From Octopus vulgaris (Eukaryota): 64,000 bases of DNA. How positions within the stretch are numbered: position 1 is the first letter of the stretch; each line of letters begins with the position of its first letter. The translations under genes and the position numbers were made by a program. The notes beneath the pieces are model-generated. The model had not been told where the DNA came from, searched no databases, and saw nothing but the letters and a program-made list of their open reading frames with translations. The stretch is from positions 7,006,001-7,070,000 of the forward strand of contig OX597815.1 of assembly GCA_951406725.2 (NCBI GenBank). Direction: 5' to 3'. Below, one piece after another: positions 39,494 through 53,652 of the stretch.

Positions 39494-39815
39494 TACTTCA
39501 TAATATATCCTCCCACTCTCGCTCTATCTCTCTCTCATAATACTTCATACTATATCCTCCCACTCTCGCTCTATCTATCTCTCTCTCTCTCTCTCATAAT
39601 ACTTCATAATATATCCTCCCACTCTCGCTCTATCTATCTCTCTCTCTCTCTCTCATAATACTTCATAATATATCCTCCCACTCTCGCTCTATCTTTCTTT
39701 ATCTCTCTCTCTCTCTCTCATATTACTTCATAATATATCCTCCCACTCCCACTCTCGCTCTATATCTCTCTCTCTGCCCTCTTCCCTCTTTCACCTCTCA
39801 CCGCTACTCACTCTC
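38640..39815. repeat. CT-rich tract including a ~50-bp minisatellite (39485-39775)
   Basis: Repeated tacttcataatatatcctcccactctcgctctat(ct)n. Confidence 0.85.
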
Positions 39816-40014
39816 CCACATCAGCAGGAGCTGCAATGAACGGCAAACGCCGATGATTCGAATGACGAGGTAAGGACAGTTTGTATCTTGTTATCTTCCT
39901 AACTGTTGCTGACATTATCACAACCATCACCGGCATTAACATTAGGGGTATTCTCATCATCATCATCACCGCCATCCTATGTACGCACACCAGTCTGTGT
40001 TATTACGGCAGCTA

Positions 40015-40670
40015 CCATCGCCACCGCCGCCACCACCACCATCTCCACCCCGCTACTATCTATCCACCTTCACCGCCGCCACCACCACCATCTCCACCAC
40101 CGCCGCCACCACCACCACCCCGCTACTATCTATCCACCTTCACCGCCGCCGCCACCACCATCTCCACCACCGCCGCCGCCACCCTACTATCAATCCACCG
40201 CCGCCACCACCACCACCGCATTGATCACCATGTCTACTACTACCGCCTTTGCTGCATCAGTAGTACTTTACTACCGCCGCTACTACACTATTATTATTAT
40301 TATCAGTCACCATTCAGACATGAAATGACACATTAGTACCAGTAATATATATAAGTACGCTACTACATCTTGTAAACTTAAGTCTCACTCCGCTCTCGGC
40401 TTCAAACCTGTTGGTCATTTTTACCCCCTAAAATCATTACAATTACCACCACCATCATCACCACCACCATCATTATTTCCATCGATATCACCGCCACCAC
40501 CACCACCACCACCATCATCATCACCACCATCATCACCACCACCATCACCTTCTCCATCATTACTTCCATCGATATCACCACCACCACCATCACCACCACC
40601 ATCATCATCATCATCATCACCATCATTAACACTATCATTCATATCATCATTCATCGTCGTCGTCATCCTC
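40015..40670. repeat. (CAC/CAT/CGC)n low-complexity tracts with short duplications
   Basis: Seen directly. Confidence 0.9.
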
Positions 40671-42803
40671 AATGTATTTTATGAAATCCCTAATAATATT
40701 TGTCCCCTAATTCATAATTCATAATAATACGAAGAAGAAGACAAAAAAAAAAAAAAGAAACGCCAAATTAAAATGTAAATATTCTCATTTATTGGCAGAA
40801 TCGGTAGGGACTGAAATAAGTCCCTCCCTTTGCATTGCGAGTTCAAGTGATATCGAAGTCGACGACTTTCCCTTTCCCTTTCGATATCATATCAATAATA
40901 TAAAGTATCAAATCCGTATCGAATGTGATCGACTACAGCCCCCTCCCCCCTCCTTCCAAAGGTTACGGTTTTTTTGCGAGAAACCATTTCTGCATTGGAA
41001 GAATCGTTTGAGCGTCGAAGAAAACGTTTTGCGTTACTTAGTTTCGCTTTCCGGGGTTTGATAAAACGAAGAAATATAAAGGCTACAGTCGATGCAACCG
41101 ACGAGTCCCCCTTTTCCTCAAAAATCGTTAGCCCTGTGTTGTTGAAATAATTTGGACCCTAAGTGGGGTTGATGGCAGAATTTGGTACGACGTAGGACTA
41201 AATAAATACATAGTGGCATTTAGTTAGGGACTTTTTAAGTTTTTAAATTCAAAATCTCGTTGGTGACACACAGGCTGATCGATGTCTTTCTTTTCTCTCC
41301 CGTCACTTGTTAAATCATGTTTAAAGGTCCAGGAATCATGTCTAGTCATGTCCTGAGCTTATGCAGTAGTAGGGTTGTAAATAACGGTTGTCGGTTTAGG
41401 CCCGTGTCAGCTCTAATCGAGCAGACCTATGCTCAGTCAAACGAGCGTAACCACCCCGTCTCTTTTCCCTGCCCTAGCAACTAAGAATCACATTAACGAA
41501 CGTGTGCCCCTTTTCATAAACGGTAGAGTGTTATTTGAGGGAGATTTGGTTGCTATCCGTATCAAGTGGAGTCAACCATTTAGCGGTTCATCTCATACTC
41601 TGCCAGTGTGTGTCGCAGTAGGGGTATGGTGGTGGTTGTCACGGGTTATGATGACAAAACCTACTACACTGGCATCACTAATTGAAATATATTGCTCTTG
41701 TGGCTATTAATTCGGAAAATAACAAAGAATTTAAGAAAATAAATGCAATTATTAACTGGTGTTTAGAACATAGGTGAAGATGGAATTTTGATGGGAAGTT
41801 TTAATTCAGATCACTTAAATGCGAAGTTTGTACCTGGAACCCGTGCAGGGCAGTTCGGATGAGAACGTTTAATCCATTCCCATACATAATCGTTTTACAA
41901 CTTCGAACTGTCATAGCCCTTTCTCACGGCCAGAATATACCGTGATATTTCAAGAATAGAATTATCATAAAGGAAATTTACCATCTTCACTGGGTGTGCA
42001 ACTCTCCTGGGAATTCAATCCCTACTTCCAGGTATTGGAGTCATCTTTAATCAACAGCTTCATCACCACTGCCACCATCAAAATATTTATCCTCATATGA
42101 AGACTTGTGACCACTATCATCAATTTGACAGTCACCGGACTAGGTGTAGGTGCTTCGCTGCATGTAAGATAAACCAAAACTGCAGTACCGGAGATGCCGT
42201 ATCGCCGGCCTTCAGACCTCTATCATCAGATTAAATTCGGTCAATGATAACCCCCTTCTCTGTATCATAATGCACTGCATTCTAACTTTCCCTGTTTTTT
42301 GTTGCCAATGGGATATACAAAGTAATTTCCCACCCTACACCTGTATACGTGCGAGTTTGTTAGTTCCTTCCTAAATGTCTGTATATGTGCGAGTGTGGTT
42401 AAACCTGTATATGTATTCAAGTACAAGAGTATTCACACCTGTATATCTGTGTACGCTTACGAATATGTGTATATGTGTATACGTGTGTTATCTGCATGTT
42501 CGGTTAAGTTTTTTACAAATGTACATATGTGTGTGAGTGTGGTTATAATTTTACTTATCAACATGCGTATATACGGGTGCGGCTACACCTGCATACTATA
42601 CGCAAATACCTGCGAGTGTGGCTACGCCTCTCACCTTTGTGCGTGTTCGAATCTCATTACACTTGTGTGTTCATGCGCAATTTTACTTACACTTGTATAT
42701 GTGTATAGGGTTACGTCTGTGTTGTGTCTCGATTTGAGTGTATTGTTGTTGTGTATGTGTCTGTTCATGTTTTCTGTGGTATATGTATTATATATGTGTA
42801 TTA

Positions 42804-42864
<61 letters not shown>

Positions 42865-42883
42865 ATTATATATGTGTATTACT

Positions 42884-42925
<42 letters not shown>

Positions 42926-43206
42926 TATAGATATATGCATATATATACATACATGTATGAACATACCTACATATATATATATATATATATGTGTATAGAC
43001 ATGCACATATGGGTACAGGACATCAAAAACGCGTTGAACACAATTAGAAACGAAAACAAAAACATAGAAACGAACTTTTTTCGAACAACGGAAAAAAACA
43101 AACAGAAACGAGATCTGCAACATAAAGAATATTCCTTGTTTCAGATGCATATATCTTCACTGTATACACACACACACATATATATATAAAACAATTGCAG
43201 CGTGGA

Positions 43207-43263
<57 letters not shown>

Positions 43264-43335
43264 GTCTACTATATACATATGACCAATTTTAAATGCTATT
43301 GGATTTTACTCATATGGTATTGGAATCTTATATAT

Positions 43336-43735
43336 AGGCGCAGGAGTGGCTGTGTGGTAAGTAGCTTGCTAACCAACCACATGGTTCCGGGTTCAGTCCC
43401 ACTGCGAGGCATCTTGGACAAGTGTCTTCTGCTATAGCCTCGGGCCGACCAATGCCTTGTGAGTGGATTTGGTAGACGGAAACTGAAAGAAGCCCGTCGT
43501 ATATATGTATATATATATATATGTGTGTGTATATGTTTGTGTGTCTGTGTTTGTCCCCCTAGCATTGCTTGACAACCGATGCTGGTGTGTTTATGTCCCT
43601 GTCACTTAACGGTACGGCAAAAGAGACCGATAGAATAAGTACTAGGCTTACAAAGAATAAGTCCCGGGGTCGAGTTGCTCAACTAAAGGCGGTGCACCAG
43701 CATGGCCGCAGTCAAAATGACTGAAACATGTAAAA
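43336..43735 (+). mobile_element. SINE family B, full length
   Basis: Consensus match. Confidence 0.92.
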
Positions 43736-44014
43736 AAAAAAAAATATATATACCATTCTGCATAAAAATATTTTTTTAATAGATCTACAAATACAATATC
43801 CCTACATATCTCATGTCTATTTTCTTTCCTCCACCACACTCTCTATATTGTATCTCATCTAAATTAACTATTACTTAACCATCCTCTCACACCGTCTCCC
43901 ATGAAGGGATATAATTTATAAATATCCTGGAAACAGCTGTAAAACCTTCTATCTATAAATATTTTAAAATCTACACACTTGGTTTTTTTATCTCATTACG
44001 AGAAATATTTTTTC

Positions 44015-44281
44015 CGTGCCGGTGGCACGTAAAATGCACCAATCCGACCATGGCTGTTGCCAGCCTCTCCTGGCACTTGTGCCGGTGGCATGTAAAAAGC
44101 ACCCACTACACTCACGGAGTGGTTGGCGTTAGGAAGGAAGGGCATCCAGCTGTAGAAACACTGCCAGATCAGACTGGAGCCTGGTGCAGCCTTCTGGCTT
44201 CCAAGATCCCTGGTCAAACCGTCTAACCCATGCTAGCATGGAGAATGGACGTTAAACGATGATGATGATGATGATGATGAT
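44015..44281 (+). mobile_element. RTE-type 3' tail insertion
   Basis: Conserved aaaagcacccactacac block and (GAT)n tail. Confidence 0.85.
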
Positions 44282-44548
44282 ACACACACTGACATATGAC
44301 CAACGTTGAACCCCTCATTCGCATAATCACCGAACCTGGAACTTAACTATGGTCTGTCCATAACACTTACTTAGCATTACCTGACACCATTACCTCTCAC
44401 AACCTATATATATATATAAACTAGACACAAACCACTATTATGTAATTCAAACAATGATAGACTTAGATCATACCATATAGAAAAAATAAAATATGTGATA
44501 AAACATTTATCGAGATCACAAAAAGTACATAATAATAAAACATAATAG

Positions 44549-45010
44549 TAAAAGTCCATAATAATAAAAATAGTGGTTTTTCTCTAATTTATATATATTA
44601 TATATTTATTTTGGGAAATTTGATTTAATACTAAATTGAATTTTTCCCTGTAAGTTTGGAGTTATACTCCATAATATTATTATTTATATATATATATATA
44701 TATATCATCGTATTATCTCTGTGTGCGTGTATGTATGTATATATGTATGTGTGTATATATATGTATATATATATATGTGTATATATATATGTACATATAC
44801 CTATATACACACACATATATACATACATACATGCACACAGAGATAATACGATGATATATATATATATATATATAAATAATAATATTAGGGAGTATAACTC
44901 CAAACTTACAGGGAAAAATTCAATTTAGTATTAAATCAAATTTCCCAAAATAAATATATAATATATATAAATTAGAGAAAAACCACTATTTTTATTATTA
45001 TGTACTTTTA
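44549..45010. repeat. Near-perfect palindrome, ~200-bp arms centred at 44779/44780
   Basis: Mirror ORFs 44631..44903(-) and 44656..44928(+) are almost identical. Confidence 0.95.
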
Positions 45011-45026
45011 TATATATATATATATA

Positions 45027-46317
45027 TAGCTTCCGTTACCTAGGTGACCAAGTCAGTAGCGGGGAAGGGTGCGCTGAAAGTGTAGCTGTTAGAATAAGAA
45101 TAGCCTGGGCAAACTTCAGAGAGCTCTTGCCTCTGCTGGTGACAAAGGGCCTCTCGCTCAGAGTAAAAGATAGACGTATGATGCATGTGTACAAACAGCC
45201 ATTCTACATGGCAGTGAAACATGGGCCGTGACTGCTGAGGACATGTGTAAGCTCGCAAGGAATGAAGCCAGTATGCTCCGATGGATGTGTAATGTCAGTG
45301 TGCATACTCGACAGAGTGTAAGTACCTTGAGTGAAAAGCTGGACCTAAGAAGCATCAGTTGTGGTGTGCAAGAGAGACGACTGTGCTGGTATGGTCATGT
45401 GGTGAGAATGGATGAGGATAGCTGTGTGAAAAAGTGCCACACCCTAGCGGTTGAGGGAATCTGTGGAACAGGTAGACCCAGGAATGGGATGAGGTGGTGA
45501 AGCATGACCTTCGAACATTGGGCCTCGCCGAGGCGATGACTAGTGACCGAGACCTTTGGAAATATGCTGTGCTTGAGAAGACCCAGCAAGCCAAGTGAGA
45601 CCATAACTCGTGGCCTATGCCAGGGGTGTAACCAACCCACTTATGCGTACCTTTCCTTCATTGGACACTAAACTCTGCTTGCGAAGACCTGTTGAGGCAA
45701 GTGAAGTCGAAATCAAATTCGATGACTGGCATCCATGCTAGTGGAGCACTAAGAGTACCATACGAGCATGATTGTTGCCAGAGCAGCAAACTGGCTTCCG
45801 TGCTAGTGGCATGTAAAAAGTACCATTCGAGTGTGATTGTTACCTGCATTGCCTTACTGGCACTTGTGTCAGTGGCATGTGAAAAGACATTCGAGCGAGG
45901 TCATTGCCAGTGCAGCTGGACTGACTCCAGTGCAGGTGGCATGTAAAAAACACCATTTGAGCATGGCTGTTGCCAGTAACTCCTGACTGGCCCTCATGCC
46001 GGTGGCATGTAAAAGCACCATTCGTGCGTGTTCATTACCAGTGTCGCCTTACTTGTGCTGGTGTGCAGGTGACACATAAAACAAACACGATTTTTTTCGT
46101 GGCCGTTGCCAGTACCGCCTGACTGGACCTTGTGCCTGTGGCACGTAAAGGCACCCACTACACTCTTGGAGTGTTTGGCGTTAGGAAGGGCATCCAGCTG
46201 TAGAAACTCTGCCAGATCAAGATTGGAGCCTGGTGCAGCCATCTGGTTCGCCAGTCCTCAGTCAAATTGTCCAACCCATGCCAGCATGGAAAGCGGACAT
46301 TAAATGATGATGATGAT
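45027..46317 (+). mobile_element. 5'-truncated RTE LINE, same family as 48322-50632
   Basis: SFRYLGDQVS...HGSETWAVTAED...WYGHV...GRPR, followed by the subrepeat 3' UTR and (GAT)n tail. Confidence 0.92.
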
Positions 46318-46329
46318 ATTTTTTTTTCA

Positions 46330-48280
46330 ATTGTTTTAGTCATTTGACTGCGGCCATGCTGGGGCACCGCCTTTAATTGAGCAACTCGACCCCAGGACTT
46401 ATTCTTTGTAAGCCCAGTACTTATTCTATCGGTTTCTTTTACTGAACCGCTAAGTGACGGGGCATAAACACACCAGCATCGGTTGTCAAGCAATGCTTAT
46501 ATATATATATATATCATCATCATATCATTTGACGTCCGTTTTTCCATGCTTGCATGGGTCAGATGGAATTTGTTGAGGCATATTTTCTATAGCAGGATGC
46601 TCTTCCTGTTGCTAATCCTCAACTGCTTCCAAGCAAGGTGATATTCTCCCATAGCTAGACATGTCCTTTGCTCATTCGATGATGATGATGATGATCGATA
46701 CAACCATCATGTAATGTCTGCAAAAGGGTGCACATGTGCATACACACTCTCTCTCTTCCTCCATATCCCTCCCTCTCTCTCCCTCCCCTTCTCTCTTCCC
46801 CTCTTTCCTCTCTCTCACATGCATGCACGCACACATATTCTTTCATTTTTCATCTGTCAGATCTACTCACAAAGCTTCAGTTGGCCTGAGTCTGTAGTAG
46901 AAGACACTTGCCCAAGACACTAGACACTAGCGTAGCTGGGGGTGGGTGGGGTGGTCAGGGGAGGTCCACCCCGGGTGGCACTTTTAAAGACGCAGCACTT
47001 TTCAATCCTGTTGTAGGGTATTGCTGTAGGCAATATGTGTCTTTTTTGTGGGGTCCAGAGGCAAAAAACGGAAGGGCTGCTCTAGGTGGCACACACACTC
47101 TAGCTATGCTTGTGGCCCAAGGTGCCACACAGTAAGATTGAAGCTGAGACCAAATGGTTGGAAAGCAAGTTTCTTAACCACTTAGCTTCACCTCCATGAT
47201 TCATCCGAAAAAGAAAACGTAAGAGTGGCTGTGTGGTAAGTAGCTTGCTTACCAACCACATGGTTCTGGGTTCAGTCCCACTGCATGTAGCACCTTGGGC
47301 AAGTGTTTTTCTACTATAGCCTTGGGCCAACCAAAGCCTTGTGAGTGGATTTGGTAGACGGAAACTGAAGGAAGCCTGTCGTATATATGTATATATATAT
47401 ATATATATATATGGATGTGTGTGTATATGTTTGTGTGTCTGTGTTTGTCCCCCACCCCCAACATCGCTTGACAACCGATGCTGGTGTGTTTACATCCCCG
47501 TAACTTAGCGGTTCGGCGAAAGAGACCGATAGAATAAGTCCTGGGGGTCGATTTGCTCGACTAAAGGCGGTGCTCCAGCATGGCCACGGCCATATGACTG
47601 AAACAAGTAAAAGGGTAAAAGTGTCCGGGGAGATTAAATGAAACAGCATTTGTACTATTGGTTTCAAATTTTGGCACAAGGCCAGCAATTTCAAGGAAGG
47701 GGTAAGTTGAGTACCTTGATTCCCGTACTTTAGCTGATGCTTACTTTGTTAACCCCCGGAAAAGATGAGAGGCAAAGTGGACCTTGGCAGCATTTGAACC
47801 CAGACCTTTTTTTTATTTTTAAGACTGACTCAAATTCTATATTTTTACTAACACCATAAAAGATCTGAAAGGTTTGAAGTTTGTATGTGACTGATAAAAG
47901 AGGCACAGGCACGGCTGTGTGGTAAGAAGTTTGCTTGCCAACCACTTAGTTCCAGGTTCAATCCCACTATGAGGCACCTTGGGCAAGTATCTTCTATTAT
48001 AGCCTTGTGATGACCAAAGCCTTGTGAGTGGATTTGGTAGGCAGAAACTAAAAGAAGCCCATTGTATATATGTGTGTGTGTGTCATTATTTGTTCCACCA
48101 CCACCACCACTGGTGTTGTGTTTATGTCCCTGTAACTTAGCAGTTCAGCAAAAGAGAACAATAGAATAAGTTCCAGGCTTAGAAAAAGTACTGAGATCAA
48201 TTCAGTCAACTAAAATTCTTCAAGGCAGTGCCCCAGCATGACCGCAATCTAATGACTGAAATAAGTAAAAGATAAAAAAT
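46330..48280. mobile_element. Cluster of SINE B copies (46330-46500 -, 46850-47190 -, 47220-47620 +, 47901-48280 +) with a small TIR element at ~46925-47114
   Basis: Consensus matches. The small element has inverted ends agcgtagctgggggtg / cactctagctatgct. Confidence 0.8.
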
Positions 48281-48321
48281 AAAAAACAAGTTAAAATTAA
48301 AAAAAACTAGATTTTGCCAGG

Positions 48322-50632
48322 TTGCTCGATAAAGAAAAGGAATGGAAGAAAGAGAGTCTGCCGAATGTTGACCCAACAGAGGGACCAGCTATCCGAGTTG
48401 ACAATACCTTGGTAGATAAAGCAATTAAGAGTATGAAGACAGGGAAAGCCCCCAGCCCATCAGGAATCACTGCAGAGATGCTCAAAATATCTGGCAATGT
48501 CGGTTACAGCCTAGTCACCCGTATAGTTAACCAGGTGATACATGAAGAAGTCATACCCAATGACTGGTGTAGCAGCATAATAGTCAACTGCTACAAAGGT
48601 AAAGGTGATGCTTTAGATACAAATAATTACAGAGGTATCAAGTTGTTAGATTAGGTAATGAAGGTTACGGAGAGGGTCATAGCCCACTAATTAGGGAGAT
48701 AAGTTTAGATGAGATGCAGTTTGGGTTCGTGCCAGGGAAAAGCACCACTGATGCTATATTTCTGGTAAGACAGCTGCAGGAGAAATACCTAGCCAAAGAT
48801 AAACCTCTGTACCTGGCTTTCATTGACATGGAGAAAGCCTTTGACAGGGTTCCCCACTCCCTTATCTGGTGATCAATGAGGAAACTAGGGATAGATGAAT
48901 GGTTAGTGAGAGCTGTGCAAGCCATGTACAGGGACACTGTCAGTAAGGTGAGGGTTGGCAATGAGTACAGTGAAGAATTCCGGGGTCCACCAAGGTTCAG
49001 TCCTCAGCCTCCTCCTATTTATCATAGTCCTCCAGACAATAACAGGAATTCAAGACAGGATGCCCCTGGGAGCTCCTCTATGCTGACGACCTTGCTCTAA
49101 TTGCTGAGTCACTATCAGAACTTGAGGAGAAGTTTCAGGTGTGGAAACAAGGTTTAGAATCGAAGGGCCTTAGAGTCAATCTAGCTAAAACCAAAGTCCT
49201 AATAAGTAGGAAGGCAGGCAAACCACAAATCTCTTCAATTAGATGGACCTGCTCAATCTGTAGAAAAGGCGTAGGTAGAAACTCTTATAAGATGTACCCA
49301 GTGTAAGTTATGGACACATAAGAGGTGCAGCAATATCAAAGGAAGGCTAACTGGGAAGATAGTTTTTGTATGTGGCAGATGCTCAGGAGCAATAAACCAC
49401 TGAAAATGTGCAGAGAACAACTTCCGCCACATTCCAGGGAGAAAAACTAGAAGTGGTTGATAGCTTCCGTTACCTAGGTGACCAAGTCAGTAGTGGGGGT
49501 GGGTGCGCTGAAAGTGTAGCTGCTAGAATAAGAATAGCCTGGGCAAAGTTCAGAGAGCTCTTACCTCTGCTGGTGACAAAGGGCCTCTCGCTCAGAGTAA
49601 AAGGTAGACTGTATGATGCATGTGTACGAACAGCCATGCTACATGGCAGTGAAACATGGGCCGTGACTGCTGAGGACATGTGTAAGCTCGCAAGGAATGA
49701 AGCCAGTATGATCCGATGGATGTGTAATGTCAGTGTGCACACTCGACAGAGTGTAAGTACCTTGAGTGAAAAGTTGGACCTAAGAAGCATCAGATGTGGT
49801 GTGCAAGAGAGACGATTGCGCTGGTATGGTTATGTGGCGAGAATGGATGAGGATAGCTGTGTGAAAAAGTGCCACACCCTAGCAGCTCAGGGAACCCGTG
49901 GAAGAGGTAGACCCAGGAAGAACTGGGATGAAGTGGTGAAGCATGACCTTCGAACATTAGGCCTCACAGAGGCAATGACTAGTGACCGAGACCTTTGGAA
50001 ATATGCTGTGCTTGAGAAGACCCGGCAAGCCAAGTGAGACCATAACCTCATGGCCTATGCCAGGGGTGTAACCAGCCCACTTATGCATACCTTTCCTTCA
50101 TTGGACACTAAAATCTTCTTGCAAAGACCTGTTGAGGCAAGTGAAATCAAAATCAAATTCGATGACTGGCATCCATGCTAGTGGAGCGCTAAGAGCACCA
50201 TGCGACCGTGATTGATGCCAGAGCGGCTAACTGGCTTTCATGCTGGTGACATGTAAAAGGCACCATTTGAGCGTGATTGTTACCAGCATTGCCTTACTGG
50301 CACTTGTGATAGTGGCACGTGAAAATACATTTGAGCGAGTTTGTTACCAGTGCCACTGGACTGGCTCCTGTGCAGGTGGCATGTAAAAAACACCATTTGA
50401 GCATGGCCGTTGGCAGTACCGCCTGACTGGCCCTCGTGCCGGTGGCACATGAAAGCACCCACTACACTCTTGGAGTGGTTGGCATTAGGAAGCGCATCCA
50501 GCTGTAGAAACTCTGCCAGATCAAATTGGAGCCTGGTGCAGCCATCTGATTCACCAGTCCTCAGTCAAATTGTCCAACCCATGCTAGCATGGAAAGCGGA
50601 TGTTAAACGACGATGATAATGATGATGATGAT
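48322..50632 (+). mobile_element. RTE-clade LINE, 5'-truncated, RT pseudogene with stops and frameshifts
   Basis: MKTGKAPSPSGI...YKGKGDA...NYRGIKLL...QFGFVPGKSTTDAIF...FIDMEKAFDRVP...QGSVLS...LLYADDL...FRYLG...HGSETW...GRPRK.W, with a (GAT)n tail. Confidence 0.95.
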
Positions 50633-50858
50633 GAACTATTATCCAAAAACTTATTCTTTATTGCAGCATAGTACTGAATGTGGTGTAATGACACAACAGA
50701 TGAACTAAAATACAATGTGGCACAAATACTGTTAGGTTTGTTTCTTAAAATAACTGAAATAATTTAGAACAAAATTTCGCATTTTCTTTCAGATAAACCT
50801 AATTAGCAATTAGTCATTTAGTATATATTTCAATTCAAAACAGTAAAGTCATCTGGGA

Positions 50859-50899
<41 letters not shown>

Positions 50900-51516
50900 A
50901 TATATATATATATATATGTATATGTATATGTATATCTTGTATGTGTGTCTATTATCTCTTGTATATTTGTGTATATTATCACTATTGTGTATGGCTGTCT
51001 ATTCTCTCGAGTATTGTTCTGAATCCTCTTTTGTATATGCGTATGTTGTTTGACTGGAGAGCAGTTGTTGATTGAACAGGTCTATAACGAACAGTGTTCC
51101 ATCCATGACCAGTCCCTCTTAACTTTTAGATATTGGCATATCTGACGTTACGTTATCTAATGTGTTCCTCTTTGTTTGGGACGGTAGGCTGTGATTTGTG
51201 AGAGATTTAGCTGCTATTTCATAGATCGCATAGATCTTCCGCTGCTCATATGTTTCTTTGTTCGCTTGTTACGTATGCCTACGTGTATCTAATCATGTGT
51301 GTGCAGTGTGTCTGTATTATGCTTGTGTGTATGTGTTGTGAGTATCTGCATCTATATCTATAGGATTACTGGATTAGTATTTCACACTGGGTTTCACACA
51401 AACACACACACACACACAATACATGTAATATGTACACCATACATACATATACACACTTTGAAAATGCGTGCACAGACACATGCAAATAATTCACACCCAT
51501 TTTTTTCCTTCTTTCG

Positions 51517-52000
51517 ACACTAAAACTCTGCTTGCGAAGACCTGTTGAGGCAAGTGAAATCAAAATCAAATATCAAAATCAAAATCGAAATCAAATTCGA
51601 TGACTGGCGTCCGTGCTATCAAGTTGCAAAGAGCACCATACGAGTGTAATCATTGACAGAGCGGCTAACCGGCTTCCATGCCAGTGGCACATAAAAGGGC
51701 ACCATTTGAACGTGATTGTTACCAGCATCGCCTTACTGGCACCTGTGCCGGTGGCATGTGTAAAAAGATTTGAGCGAGGTCGTTGCCAGTACCGCCTGAC
51801 TGGACCCCGTGCCGGAAGCACGTAAAAGCACCCACTACACTCTCGGAGTGGTTGGCATTAGGAAGGGCATCCAGCTGTAGAAACTCTGCCAGATCAAGAT
51901 TGGAGCCTGGTGCAGCCATCTGGTTTGCCAGCCCTCAGTCAAAATCGTCCAACCCGTGCCAGCATGGAAAGCGGACGTTAATGACGATGATGATGATGAT
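51517..52000 (+). mobile_element. RTE LINE 3' UTR fragment
   Basis: Matches 50105-50632. Confidence 0.9.
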
Positions 52001-52204
52001 TTACATATATGAAATGTGGGCACCAGACATACATGTGTGCGTCACACACACACACATGTAAAGTATACACCATTTATACATGTGTACCATATAAAAACAG
52101 ATGCGCACATGTACATACATGCGTCAGACACACCATGTACAGATGGCCTGTCTGCCATACATATTGAGCACTTGTAGAACTTGTGCCCAATCCTACATGT
52201 AAAC

Positions 52205-52800
52205 CATACCTATTTCTTTACTACCCACAAGGGGCTAAACACAGAGAGGACAAACAAGGAGAGACAAACGGATTGAGTCGATTACATCGACCCCAGTGCA
52301 TAACTGGTACTTATTTCATCGACCCTGAAATGATGAAAGGCTAAGTCAACCTTGGTGGAATTTGAACTCAGAACGTAACGGCTACGCATTTTGCCCGGCG
52401 TGCTAACATTTCTGCCAGCTCGCCGCCTATACCATACCATAAACACACACACCACATGCAACATCATCATCATCATCATCATCGTTTAAGGTCCGTTTTC
52501 CGCGCTAGCACGGGTTGGACGGTTCGACCGGGGTCTGGGAAGCCAGGGGCTGCACCAGGCTCCAGTCTGATCTGGCAGTGTTTCTACAGCTGGATGCCCT
52601 TCCTAACGCCAACCACTCCGCGAGTGTAGTGGGTGCTTTTTACGTGCCACCTGCACAGGTGCCGGGGAGGGGGGGTCCGGCATCGGCCACGATCGGTTGG
52701 AGCTTTTAATGTGCCACCGGCACGGAAGCCAGCCAAGGCAGCGCTGGCAACGGCCACGTTCGGATGGTGCTTTTTATGTGCCACCGGCACTGGAGCCAGT
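52205..52800 (-). mobile_element. SINE C (52205-52428) and RTE-type tail (52462-52800), both on the minus strand
   Basis: Reverse-complement consensus matches. Confidence 0.85.
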
Positions 52801-53652
52801 CGACACCACAATCCATACATACAAAATATTCACACTCTGGACCACTTATATAACCAGACATGTCCACAACACCTCATAACACCATTTCATCAACCTCAAA
52901 GACAACTACATCACATGGCCACAACATCCTGATAACACTTCCTCTTTCTATCCAGACGTCTACAACACACAAGAACTAAACTCCAACACCATTCAAACAA
53001 TACCAGCTCTTGCACAATTCAGACACGTCTAAAACACTTCACGGTACCATTTTCACACACTTTTCTCCACCTCTCCATATCGAATACCACAGAACACAAC
53101 ATCACCCTACCAATGTTGTGTCTCTCTTGCAGAGCCCAGGTACATCTACAATACCTTAAAAAACAACTCCAACACCATCTTAACAACACTGTCTCCCACT
53201 CTGTCTAGACACAGCAACAACACTTCACAACACTTCACAACATCATCCTAACAACAATGTCACACCCACTTAGTCTATGCACATCTGCAACATCATCTTA
53301 GCAACATTATGGAGGTCCACATAAGATTTTGTTGTTAAAATTTAGATGCAATAAACTAGGTATACTTCTACAATTCATGAAATATTTTAACAATATTTAA
53401 TTATAAAAATATAATAGGATTTTTTAAACATCAAATAATTATGGAGATTTAGTAGCATAAAATAGGAATCAAAGGGTCCATCATCATCATCATCATCGTT
53501 TAACGTCCGCTTTCCATGGGTTAGACGATTTAACTGAGGACTGGTGAACCCGATGGCTGCACCAGGCTCCAATTTGATCTGGCAGAGTTTCTACAGCTGG
53601 ATGACCTTCCTAACACATATATAAAAAATGGTTAAGAACTCTTGATCTAGAC

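Noticed and set aside
39881-40672. Pro/His/Gly/Asp-rich ORFs
   Set aside because: They are trinucleotide low-complexity tracts with no recognisable domain.
41985-42160. Minus-strand exon-like segment (cag...GATG|gtaaat)
   Set aside because: The most coding-like frame contains stops and no homology was recognised.
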